A stretch of DNA of 64,000 nucleotides from the NCBI GenBank assembly GCA_965645245.1, contig OZ287069.1, positions 930,001 to 994,000 on the forward strand, in the 5' to 3' direction. Every line of letters begins with the position of its first letter. The stretch's first letter is position 1. The notes under the pieces were generated by a model. It searched no databases. It worked only from the letters and a program-made list of their open reading frames with translations, and was not told where the DNA came from. The stretch is from Massalongia carnosa. Its lineage: Eukaryota. Below, piece after piece: positions 49,815-62,643 of the stretch. A program made the translations under genes and the position numbers.

Positions 49815-52800
49815 TCAATATGATGCGTCATCCGAATCAGGCTGCTGATCGGCGGAAGATGAATCATCCTGCGCCATCGGATCCGAGAGAGAACTTTGAT
49901 AGCGATCCTCCTCGTCTGAGTCCTCCATGCGTAAACCCTGGTTTCTTCGATATCCAGCATAGTCCCTGCCGCTGTGCAGACCATGTTCCTCGGAATCGGA
50001 TGCGTCATGTTCGGATGAGAGGGATGCTTCATGTTTCTCCACGTCTGCTGCTTCATCACTTTCCTTCGCGGAAATTTGAGGGGACTCAGCGCGTTCGGAA
50101 ATTCCGGACACCTCGCCCGTGGATGAGTTTCGACCGGAAGAGGTTTCCATTTTCAAACCGATCGGTTCGTTTGGTGTGTCACTTGATCCAGACCTGGGAT
50201 GGTTGTTTGCACGAGGTCCTCCCATTGCGATGAAACCATGCCTTGAGGCGTCGCTCAAGCTAGGACTGACGCCGCGTTCCGGAGAAACCCTCGCATGTCC
50301 ATCGCTCTCATCCTCTGCCTTTGCGCTTCTGCTCTGGCGTTGGAATTCTTCATCCACATCGGCACCCATCACCTTCTTAAACATGTTCTCCACCCCTTTG
50401 ATGATACCCATGACCTCCTTACGCATGATCCGCTGCGCCTTGGGCAAAATTTCCCCGGGGACCTCATTCCCCCCGCCGAGGACAGAGCAATAATCCCGAC
50501 GCATCGCGAGGAAGAGCTCATCCACTCTCTCGCCCATAGTCTCCTCCACGCTCCGCACTAAAGCTTCCAGACGCTTTTGCGTCTCATCGGCGCTGTCCTG
50601 AAACATAACGTGACGCTCCTGGTCCACATGGGCGTTCATGGCTGCCTTCATACGGGCATAGCTTCCGGTGCCTTTGCATGCTTAGCTGATGTGGCATCAT
50701 TGGAAAGGGGGCCTCCTACCGTGCTCGTCGATACAGGCTTGATAGGCTGCCTCCATGGCTGTCGCTACCACCGGGGTGAATTCTCGATTGATTTCTTTCT
50801 GGCTATTGTTGATGGTCTCTTTCAAGGCCCCGGTCAGATCTTTGAGTATGGTCTCATACACCCCAAGCTGCTGCTGCAGAGTGTGAAGGCCAGCTATCCC
50901 CGCACCTACTTTCCGAGCTCGACCCTCAACGTCGTGATGAAAGTCTCTCAAAAGCCCCGATGCTCTACGAACAAACCCGGTCATCACCATAGGCAGTCGT
51001 CGAGAGAATGTCCTGCGTCTGATAAGTACTTAACTGGCTAAAGATATGGAGAAGCATACTTCTCCCATCCAGTCGCTAAGATCTTCATCATGGGCTCAAG
51101 GCTTAAAAGCATTAGAATGGTATCTTGAGGCAGAAAACTCGGCCAGACGATGCTTACAGCTGATGATTCCATTGCTGCAAGCCAGATTAACAACCAGCGC
51201 ATCAAATTGACAATGGGGACAAAACTCACATGTTGGCCTTGTGCGTTCGAATATTCTCCGAACCGTCGACATATCGCTTTATATGTAGACCAATGATAGC
51301 CCCCTGCCGCGCGGTTCTCTCGATTGACTTTCAATCCCCAGCTGTTCGCTGTCGTGCTTGCCTCATACGTCGCATTGGCGATGGCCGGCTCTAAAGTTGC
51401 GTTAATATCCCTGCTGGAACAAGAATTACAGCGTGGTTCTAACCATATTTATCGAAGATGTTGTCCTTAAATTCTTCTGCCAGTTCTGCGCAGGTTTGCG
51501 ATACAACGGTCTCGAGTCCCTATGTTCAAGATTAGCTGCGCTTTACTAGTTCAAAATCCCAAAAAACCCCTAGTTATCCCTGGGTTCAATTAATTACTCA
51601 GCTGTACATGACAAGCTAAAATGAAGGGAAGGGGCAAGATCAAAGGATGTCCTACAGTAAACCCAGACTTACACTCTCAAGCTCTTTCAATCCTTTTTGC
51701 AAATATTTTTCCTCCCTCCGTCGTTGCTCAGGCGTCATATTGGCCCCAGTGCCGTCATTGGCGGCCCACAGCGAGAGCGAGTTCAACAACTGGCTAAGGT
51801 TGTTAATGAACCGCTTACAGTTTGCGGTGCGGCCGGCCTCCGTTAGCTGCTTGCAATGGGCCTGCAGCTGCGGGATTTCTGTTTCTTCAATGGACTTAAA
51901 CCCCGGCACAGTGGGGTCTTTTCGTAGACGTCCCTGTAACTTCTGATATCCGCGGGACGAGACGCAAAATACAGGCAGAGAGCGCGCAACTTCGTCGTAA
52001 TCGCGAGCGTCACTCTCCGGGTTAAAATTATCCTCATCTTCCTCAGCTGCCAGTTCTTGATCGAGCTCTCGGATTCCTTGCGCAAAGTCTTGCTGTATGG
52101 CTCCTTTGGAATACCGGTTCCGCCCGGAAATGCATAGCGCAGACATTTCTGCTTCAATTTCTTTCTCCGCAGCACTAGCCTCGCGTTTTTCAATGTCGAT
52201 AAACTTAATCCTTTCACTGATCTCGGCACGCTGTCTCCGAGCTTCCTTTTTCATCGACCGAAGCTCGGATATCTTTGCAGTGATTTGATCTTCACTTAGG
52301 GGTTCCCGAGGTTCATCGGGCTCTACCTCTTCTTCTGGCTCTGGCTCTGAGATATCCTCGTCGGAATCGTCATCGAGAAACTCATCATCGCTTGTATCAC
52401 GTTTAGGCCTCTTTCTCGATCTGTGGGCATCGCCAGCTTTGCGTTTCTTGCTTGAAGGCGTTTTGCTAGTAGCTTTCGGAGGGTAAACGGTTTGGCCATC
52501 CTCTAAAGCATCCTTCAATGCATCCCAGACCTCTATTTGCTCATCTGCGTCGTTGAAGGCTTCAAACAAAAGCCCCTTGGTTTCTACTAACGCCTTTTTC
52601 TCATTCTCCAAACACCGTATCTTCTTGCTGAACTCCTCCATTCTCTGCCAAGACTCGCCCATCACGTCATCAAGCCCAAGCGACTCCTGAGCCTCCATTA
52701 GACTAATATCATCTGTTTTACTACATACAAACGTAACGCTATCTCAATGTTAACATCGGGTCTCCTTGACTATGCGAGAGACCTACGTGCTAAACCCACC

Positions 52801-54878
52801 GTCCATCTTCAGTTGTCTCTTGAATGACTCGCCAAGCAAGTTTTTAGCAGCTTTGTCATCAACTGCCCGATTTATAGGGGCAACTATCCAAAGCCCTGTG
52901 CATTGTTTCATATAATTTTCAGCTACAGCTGCACGAGCTGCATTGGAATCGTGAACACCAGGCAAGTCAACTATGACAGCACCAGTTGAAAGTGCAGGTG
53001 CTTTCACGTGTATCCTGAACACTGTCAGTATGCAACTCTAATCATGCCAAGGACATGCTTTACTTCACAACATGTATTAACGGCCAGAACTCCCTCTCCC
53101 TTCGCTCCTTCTTCTTGTCCTTGTCTTTCTCCCCAGTTATTTTTTCTTTACTATCTACATAATGCTGTAATTTTTGATAGAATATCAAAGGATCCATCTC
53201 CTTGATCTCTCTGTCAGTACCTAAGACGTTGGAAACCTCTTTTAGCATTTCCTCAATACTGCTCTTTGCAATATCGTCCTTGGTTTTATAAGGGTATACC
53301 GCTCTTATCTTTGCGTATGCAATCCCAGCATCGGTATCTGGATTGCTGCTATCTCTGGAAACATTTCCGCTAGCATCTAACAGATCATCAAATAACGTTT
53401 TGAGTTCCTTCTCCCAATCAGCTGCTTTGATGAATTCGATTTGCGCCAAATAGGGCGTGTCGGTGTCATTGTAGGAGATTTCTGTGACAACCGCGGTGCA
53501 AGCCCTCATACAGTTTGTGGGTATAATGCGTTCCTCGTCCAAGAGAGCATTGATGACGGAACTTTTACCAGCCCCAGTATTTCCAACGACACCTATGATC
53601 GTTTGGGTTTTGACTGCCTGTCTGCGAAGATTGTCTATTGAATAGTGAGTAAAAGAAATCTCCAAATGAGATTCCTCTAAATACCAATTTGTTGTGTCCA
53701 TTGAGCTGCGTCAGAACTGCCAGAAATCCTATCAAGCATAGGTGCCTTTAATAGGTCCAATAGTTGAACGCCTTGCTGAACACTAGATTCAAGAAGCTCA
53801 GTAGTCGCGTCTTGGAGTAATGCTTGAAGCTGGAAGGTCTGTTGCTTGTAGTTTTCTAATTCAGAGGGGAAATTGCCAATATTGTCAATAGGAAGAATAT
53901 CTCTCATCTTGACGTCGGCCTTGATCGGCTCAAGTTTCACGTTAATATGACCAAGTCTTTGTCTCGCGCTTTCTTCGTAGGATTGTCGTTCATGAGGGTC
54001 AAGTTTTAGCCAGCTGGCGAGAAGGAGGTCGTGAACTTGTGCTGTAAATTGACAAATATAAGTGAATGCTTTGACTAGAGAAGAATCCATGTTTTACCGT
54101 CATCAAGATGAGGCTTAATTTTTCTCGTCTTTTCGCGCCATTGATCAGCATAAATTAAAAATCCATTAGAGATAGCCCAATCAGGACGAGTGGACGTGCT
54201 TGTTGCCTCAACATTCCTCGGAGCTGCTATTGGATTGCTAGATTCAGAAATTTTCGGTGATCGACAGCTCAATTTTGACGGAGGTCTTGGGGGCGCGGGT
54301 GCTTTTGGTTGCGAAGGAGGTTGCCGAGGTCCCATAAAGAATGAATGTTGTGAAACAGCGGGAGATCCGGGCTCCACCTTGGGTTTGGTATTCTCATCCT
54401 GGGTGTGGTGCGGTATGGCCTTGGTCTGTTCGGGGGGTTCAAGGCGAAGCAAGCCTGCGTTTTTCAGATTCAAAGTGTCAGGATCTGACTTCACGAAAAC
54501 CTGATCATTTGTTAGCTGCAACGGCAAACGATCCCCGGCCATGCGAGTTGAGGTTTCGGAGGGTTTGACTGCCTCGAAGGCAATCAGATGATCCCCAAAA
54601 TCATCCAGCTCTCGCATTAGACAAGTGTCGCGAGGAAGTTGGTTTCCGTATTTCATATTGATTTTCCCATCTCCCGGATACTTGCTAGTATACTGATCAT
54701 AAATGATTTTTACTGTAATGTTCCCATGGCATTTGATCCATAGAAAATCCTCCTCTTTATGGTCAATTGATGGCTGTATATGGGATTTGAGGACTGCCAC
54801 CCAATATGTTGTTGGCTTGACTTGTTGTCTCGGCCTCACCGCCAGAACACAGTTGTGAAAAGACGCCGCCATAACCAT
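49815..54878 (-). CDS. Dynamin-like P-loop GTPase (SLIP-GC type) with an HMG-box-like segment and acidic coiled-coil insert; many introns
   Basis: IGVVGNTGAGKSSVINALL, PTNCMRACTAVVTEI, IVDLPGVHDSNAAR, INRAVDDK, YHWSTYKAICRR. The segment NGFLIYADQWREK...W..LDPHERQSYEESA resembles an HMG box. Confidence 0.85.
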
Positions 54879-55686
54879 CGATAGAGTCAGTCGTGACAGA
54901 ATGAATGCAGAAGCAAGTGGTGAATATTGAATATGGAAGAATGATGGGATTGGAAGAGGATTAAGATGTGGGACAAATATAAGGATCCAATGAACGAAAT
55001 GTCGCGAAGCATAAACAAAAAACGCGAACTCCAGCGAAGAGCTAGTTTCGTGTGATGGGTAACTTGAACGCGCTGCATCACGTGTGTTTCTTTAACTTTC
55101 GGAAATTTCCGGTTCCATTAAGTATTTTTCGGTTTTCGTAGGTCCGAAAGCGGTCTAGCACAATCATTCAAACTTCAACCTTAGAGCCCCTATGTATTTA
55201 TTCTGTACAAAGTACAGAGTACAGATTATATACTCTGTAGTACTGTTAAACTAATGGACTAGAGATGTTTGATGTTGGGTATTGAGAAGAAGGTATCTCC
55301 TTTGCTACTCGTGCGTTTGCCGAGGACAGAATTACGGATATGAAGCGCTCTGGACTCTCCATAGCGTAACTCTGTATGTAGGTAATCCGTATCCGTAATT
55401 AGAAGTCATGAGCGGGCCAATTGAACGCCATAGCTAGATCCCTGAAAAGCGCCCCTGATTAAGTGCCGTAACGTTAGTCGTCGGATACTCTGCATGCTTC
55501 AAGTCATAACAATTCTTTCTCTCCATCATCAAGCAACTCTCGTTTGTGCTTGCACTTTTCAACTCGACATCGTTCGACCAATTTAATACTAATTTCACAG
55601 TCTCTCTTTAACGACGTGAGAATTTGATTCCCCCAAATTCTGCTAGTTATTCAACAGTGTTTTTACTCCATTACTATACACTCAAC

Positions 55687-57279
55687 ATGAAAGGCTTCGG
55701 GACCATTCTTCCGACGGTGGTGGCGCTTAGTATCACAACTATATTTGCTGGCGCTGTAGCCCCAAGAGCCTCAGCATTTCCACAGGTGACAGTGAAGGGA
55801 AATGCGTTCTTTGCTGGCAAAGACCGATTCTACATCCGCGGCGTCGACTATCAACCAGGTACGTCAATGGTAGCTGTATCCTCAACCTAAACGGTCCAGG
55901 CTGACACCGGGGCTAGGGGGCTCCTCCAATCTTGTCGACCCAATTTCGGACATTGACACGTGCAAAAGAGATATTGAAAAGTAAGGACAATTAATGGAGT
56001 TGCCAAGCCATCTCGTTTACACAATCGACAGATTCAAAGAGCTGAAGATTAACACTGTTCGAGTCTACTCGGTAGACAATAGTGCAAATCACGATGATTG
56101 TATGAATGCCTTGAAGGATGCGGGAATTTACCTGGCGTTGGACGTGAACACGCCCAAATACTCCATCCGCCAGGATAAACCGGCGCAATCTTACAATCAT
56201 GTGTACCTCCAGAATATATTTGCCACCATTGATGCCTTCCAGAAGTACGAAAACACCCTGCTGTTCTTTTCCGGCAATGAGGTGATTAACGACATTCCCA
56301 CGAGTGTGACCGCGAAATGGGTCAAGGCGGTGGGACGTGACATGAAGCAATATATCGGAACACGAGGATATCGCAATATTCCTGTGGGATATTCGGCGGC
56401 CGACATTGGTAACGACGCTTGGATCCATAATGGGGTAAATTATTAACCAACTTCTAGATGAAAATCGGCTGGAGACTGCGGAATATATGAATTGCGGCAC
56501 CAATGACTCGCGGGTTGATTTTTTTGCCTTCAATGATTACAGCTGGTGCAATCCTTCGACCTTCAAGACATCAACCTGGTCTGACAAGGTGGATGCGTTC
56601 AAAGACTACTCGATCCCAATTTTGTACGTTGAACAGCCCTACTTATCTTATGCCCTTATGCCACACTTCTCATAACCGATTCTCCAGCTTGTCCGAGTAT
56701 GGCTGCACCAAGACCGCCCGCACATGGGATGAGATTCCTGTCCTGTATTCGAGTAACATGACTTCTGTTTATTCCGGGGGTCTCGTATACGAGTACACGA
56801 AAGAAGGCCAGGACAAACAGACTAAATTCGGCCTTGTTGAAGTCGACGGCAAAACCGCTACGGAGCTTCCAGACTTCGGCACCTTACAAAAGGCCTTCTC
56901 CAATGTCTCTCCCCCCTCGGGTGACGGCGGCTACAAATCTAGCGGAAGCGCCAGCAAATGCCCTCCCAAATCCGACACTTTCCTTGAGGGAAGCAACGAT
57001 CTCCCTGCAATGCCCGAGCAAGCGAAGCAGTACTTCAAGAATGGAGCTGGCGCCGGCGTCGGCCTTGATGGGACGGGATCGCAGGAGGTGGGCGCCGAGA
57101 GCAGTGGCACAGCGACTGCGGGGTCGGGCACCGTCACGGAGACCGCCAAGGGTGCAGGCAGCAGCTCGACGAAGAAGGGGGACGCAGGAGCCTTGCGCGC
57201 ACCGGAGATGGCATTGGCGCCGCTTGTGTGCGGGATGGTGGTTGTGGCTTGCACGTTCCTTGGCGCGACGCTTCTGTGA
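55687..57279 (+). CDS. GH72 1,3-beta-glucanosyltransferase (Gas/Gel family, GPI-anchored, no X8 domain)
   Basis: Signal peptide; RFYIRGVDYQPG, INTVRVYSVDNSANHDDCM, FSGNEVIN, SEYGC, YSGGLVYEY; Ser/Gly/Thr tail and hydrophobic C-terminus. Confidence 0.93.
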
Positions 57280-57651
57280 GATTCCTGCGATGAAGACTGA
57301 GGTAGTGTAGGTAAGTCGGTTGCGAGTGCGGTGGTACTGGGAATTCCTCGCAAAGCATGCCAAGTACATCTGTTTCGCTTTTGTTTTTGCTCAGTAACCA
57401 GGAATTTATTCAGTTCTGATGATTCCTTCTATCACGGGCGACTTCTGTTCTCTAGACAGGTGGGTGGGTAGCATTAAATAGCATTGGAAGGCAACAGCAG
57501 CATTAGAAAAGAAAAACATCTAATTACGCTTGTATGTTTTTTCTCGGCTCATCAGAGTCAATCAGTTGTGTGTTCTTTCTTGCACATATCCACCTACCTA
57601 CTCACCCAAGTATCTATTTAATCTATCTGTCTATCTATCCATCCATCAAAA

Positions 57652-59122
57652 ATGACTACACTCGAACAAACAAACGCGCTCTCGAGAGCGCACAGCGAAA
57701 GGAGGGAATGTTTGCACGTAAAGATCAAGGAGTATCTTGATCGAGTGGGCACCGTTGGTGACCCGGAGGCGTTGCAGTTGCTGAGAAACTCAGCGGAAAT
57801 TTTGCAAGCGCAAAATCTAGTCGATGACAAAGTTGCAGAAACTCCCAACAACATAGGTGACACATTACAGGCAATCCAACAATCATTGACACGCATAGAG
57901 CGCAATGAGACCACTCCTCGCAGCTATGCCGCTGCTGCCACAGGGCAAGGCCGAGATGAGCCCGCACCCCCAAAGAACCAAAACGTCAAGCCTCAACAGG
58001 CCCGCAAAGACAAAGCACCCACACCAAGAGAAGCGCGACGTGCCCGGGAAATCACCGTTCACATCACGGAAGATGCGGACAAGGAAAAAATGAAGCTAAT
58101 GCCAACCAAGGAGTTGGTAGAAACACTACAAAATGGAGCTGAAGGAATAAGGGGAGTGTCGACATCAGGATTCACGCAGAGTCATTGGAAGCAAAGAAGA
58201 CCCTGCAGGAGAAGACCGATTGGACCCGCATGGTGGCCGCCTCAGCTGCGGTGCACACCCGCACCTTCACCGTAAGAGCGAATGGAATCAGGGTGGAAAA
58301 CATCAAAGTGGCCAATCAATCAACAGCCATCACCTACCTTCAGGCCGCTAACGCACGCCTGCACCCTAACCTGAAGATCGTCAAAGTAGCCTGGTCAATC
58401 AAGGCCATCAGAGAGAAAAAAGCGCACTCGACGCTTCATATAGAGGTCACCACCGCCGAGATGGCTAACCGGCTCATCACCGAGGGCCTAATGGAAAGCT
58501 ACAAAATAAAGGACTGCGAGCGCTTCACACGTGGTTGCACCATGACTCAATGCTTCAACTGCCAAAAATACGGACACATCGGTAGAGCATGCCGCAATCC
58601 CGCCGCCTGTGGTCACTGCGCCAGTGGACATCAAAGCAAAGAATGCAATCTGGAGACAACGGGGCAATACCGCCGTTGCGCCGTATGCGGAGAGAAGGGA
58701 CACGAAACATGGTCCACAGCATGCAAAGTCAGATTAGCTGAAAAGCGAAAAAATGAAATAGCAATGCAAAACCGCGCCCCCCTCTATGCAATCGAATCAC
58801 AGCCGCCCTCATTTCAATTTCAACTTCAACGAGAGTCGACACCCACAGTCACACAAACGGACGAAATTCCGTCAACGTGGAAGATAGTAAATGGCAAGAA
58901 AAGAAAATACACAACGCTACGCCCTCATCCGGCACACCCCCAGGCCCTCATCGGGGAGACGACGCACCTACCTGGGCTAATATAGGCATCATGAATCCTG
59001 AAAATATGGTAAAGGCCTTAGCAAAACCAGTGCTGGGTAGGCCTCGTGCAGATTCCGTAGCATTAACGGCAGGAACTCAGGTCACATGGAACACAGCGGC
59101 CGAAACGATGGGAATCCTATGA
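57652..59122 (+). pseudogene. LINE ORF1 (three CCHC zinc knuckles), frameshifted
   Basis: SYAAA motif; QCFNCQKYGHIGRAC, CGHCASGHQSKEC, CAVCGEKGHETWSTAC. Split over three frames. Confidence 0.88.
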
Positions 59123-62100
59123 GGGACACAAAATCCCTCTCTATATTGCAGTATAATGTCAGAAATGACAGAGTGAGTACTATGATACCCCTCTTAGCAG
59201 ACACAAACACCCAGGACTATGATATTATTGCAATACAGGAACCGTGGCGCAATCCATCCGCCCCCACATCGCTTAGTTCTCATCAAAGCGGCTTTCACCT
59301 CCTATACCGCCCAGGAGGTGACACCAGAGTGTGCTTTTATGTCAACGACCTAATAGACACTGACAGCTGGGAGGTTGAATTCACCTCGGCCGACATGTGC
59401 ACTTTGAAAATAAAGACCTACACCGAAGGCGTTATTGAAACAATTCACGTCCATAATGTGTATAACCCCTCTCCCGACTCCTATTCATCCACTGACAGTC
59501 CCACGACCTTACCGGCGGCTCGGAGCATGCTTACCGCCGATGCGCATCACATACTACTTGGAGATTTCAACCTACATCATCCCTTTTGGAATGGTCCCTC
59601 AAGACCCACACAACACGCTGCTGCTGATCAATTACTAGAAATAATCGATGATCATAATCTTTCGTTGACACTGCCGAAAGGCACCGTAACATGGGAAGCA
59701 AGAAACACGTCTAGCACGATAGATTTGGTTTTCATGTCAGAATATCTAGTCGAAAGACTCGAACACTGCATGTCCAGACCAGAATTGAATCAATCGTCCG
59801 ATCACGTGCCGATATCAACTCGCATCCTACTCGGAAGCGAGCCGCAACCGAAAATCAAACGCAGAGCATGGAAACTTCTAAACCTGGAAAAATTAAGGGA
59901 GGCCGAACGACACGCCCCTATACCGGAGTCTCCCCGTACCACTGCCGAGATTGATGCGTACACGGAATCGATTCAAAAATTTCTACAAAATGTCATCAAC
60001 GAAGCAGTTCCATGGGCAAAATCTAGCGAATATGCTAAGCCATTCTGGACAGAAGAATGCAGCATTGCCACCAAAGCCACACGGAAACTACGCCGCATAT
60101 GGTCCAGCACGTTCGACCTAACGGACTGGTCTAACTATATGAAATCCAATGATAAAAAACAGAAAATCATTCAAAAGGCAAAGAGAACAAACTTTCGTCA
60201 AGAAATCAATAAGGCCACCGAAACGCCTCAGGGACTATGGCGGCTAGCGAAATGGGCCAAAGACAAAAGTCATCAATCTAGAGAAGTATCCAAAATGCCG
60301 ATGCTAAAATTCAATGACCAAGTAGCAGACACGTTTGACCAAAAGGCCGAAATGCTGAAAGGTGTCTTCTTTCCCGCACCACCACCGGCCGACCTAAGCG
60401 ACATAGAAGGATCCTTCTATCCTACATCGCCGCACTGCCCAATAATCATCACCAAGTCAGAAGTATCGACGGCCCTGAGTCGGCTCAAGTCCGATAAGAC
60501 ACCGGGCCCAGACGGCATATCTAACAGAATACTCAAAGCATGCAGCGAAATACTTGTCGAACTACTAACACTCTGTTTCAGGCGTGCGTCACACACTCGT
60601 ACCACCCGCGGGCCTTCAAAATGGCAAACACAATAGCGCTGAAAAAAATAGGCAAAGGAGACTATACCACGCCGAAAGCCTACCGACCAATTGCACTGCT
60701 CAACACGCTCAGTAAAGTTATGGAATCCATCATTGGATCGAAAATAACCTATCTGGCGGAAAAACACCGGCTCCTACCCGATACACAGATGGGAGCAAGG
60801 AAGGGCAGATCCACAGAGTCAGCACTGGAACTGCTAACTGAACAGGTTCACACGATTTGGGGACAGGGAAAAGACAAAGTAGCCACACTGCTAAGCATGG
60901 ACGTCGCCGGCGCGTTCGATACGGTATCACATCAACGACTAACGCACAACCTACGGAAAAGAAAAATTCCAAAATGGATCACCGACTGGTTAAACAGCTT
61001 TCTGAGCGATCGAAGCACCACGTTAGCAATAAATCGAAAAGTCACTGGGCGGTTTGCGGTAAAACGGGTATCCCGCAGGGCTCTCCCCTGTCATCCATTC
61101 TTTACCTATTTTACAATGCAGATCTGTTGGAAATATGTGATCGACCAGGCAAAAACACAAGTGCCATAGGATTCGTAGACGACGCAAACATTTTGGCATA
61201 TGGAAAAAGCACCGAGGAAAACTGCAAAACTCTAGAGGCAATACACAGACAAAGTGAGACGCGGGCTTCCCGGCACCGGTCCGTATTCGCTCCGACGAAG
61301 TACGAACTCATACACTTGTCCAGAAATCCCAAAAGATTCAACATGACTGCATCCATCAATATTGCTAGCACCGAAATTGAACCTAAAACGGACATCAGAG
61401 TATTGGGCTTACAAATCGACACCAAATTGAAATGGGGACCGCACGTTCGCAAAACGCAAGAGAAAATGGTCAAACAATCCATGGCATTGACAAAAATTTC
61501 CACATCAACCTGGGGTGCCACCTTCGCCAAGGCAAGGCAGGTTTATAGTGCCGTGGTGCGTCCGGCCATGACATATGGATCAACCGTATGGCACATGCCC
61601 AAAGAAGTCAAAAAGTCAAAAACGTCAACGAGCAAGCTCTCCGTCATGCAAAACAATTGCCTTCGCACCATAGCCGGTGCCTTTAAAGCCACTCCCATCT
61701 CAGTACTAGAAGCAGAGACATTCATAGCGTCCATAGACACGCATCTCGACATGCTACAAGCACAGGCAAGGCACCGGCTCCGAGCCGGAGGCCAATTGAA
61801 GATCATCTCCTCCGCATGCAACAAAATAGCTGACAAACTTCGAGGCAAGGCAGGTCGCAAACGACTTCAAAAGCCCACCCCGGGAGAGCTGAAACACATC
61901 TGGGCCAAAAGCCTACTGATCGACTCAAAAATAGTTCAACCACCAAAGGCACACCCACCATGGTTCGAAGTCTACCCGGCGTGGCACCGCGAAGCTACCG
62001 TTGCGGCAACGGCCCGACACAAGCAGATGCAAACAATCAAAGCACGACAAATGAAGGTCTGGAACGACTCGTGGTGCGCATATCAAAATCGCGTCATCGA

Positions 62101-62470
62101 ACCCTCCATAGCACAATCAGTCCCACTGAGCAAAAAACGGCTGAAAATACACACGCAGCTAAAAAAGGCAGAAAGCGCTCTAACAACTCAAATCCGCACT
62201 GGCAAGATCGGGTTAGCTGACTTCCTCTACAAGCGACGGGTGCCCTCCGTCACCTCACCGGCCTGCTCATGTGGCTGGCACAGACAAACTCCAGAACATG
62301 TAATCATGTTCTGCAGACTTATTGACAATAGAGAACAGATGTTTCGCGCCGCCGGCACGAGTGACTATCAGCAGCTGACCAAATCATCAAAAACTCTGAA
62401 GATACTAACTGCTTGGCTAATGAAAACAGGCTTATTGAATCAATTCTCACTAGCCTCAACATTATTGTAA
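59119..62470 (+). pseudogene. LINE ORF2 (APE endonuclease, reverse transcriptase, C-terminal CCHC), two frameshifts near 60570 and 61060
   Basis: ILQYNV, IAIQEPW, GDFNLHH, SDH; KTPGPDGI, YRPIALLN, DVAGAFDTV, GIPQGSPLS, FVDD; CSCGWHRQTPEHVIMFC. Confidence 0.93.
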
Positions 62471-62643
62471 AATCAACAATAGTTGAACCTTTCTTTCTTT
62501 CTTCTCTTTTCACAAGGCATTACAGTTCCCACACGTCTTTTGCACTGCGTCTCCCGCCCGACGTCGACCCGTAGTCACATCGGACGGGTATCAAGGGACA
62601 TGGTTTTTACACCTGTGAAAGGTTTTCCATGTAACATAACTTA

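Larger units (their letters stand above)
57652..62643 (+). mobile_element. Near full-length non-LTR retrotransposon (Tad1-like LINE), inactivated by frameshifts
   Basis: Gag-like ORF1, then an endonuclease/RT ORF2, a short 3' UTR and a TAAC-type tail. Confidence 0.93.
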
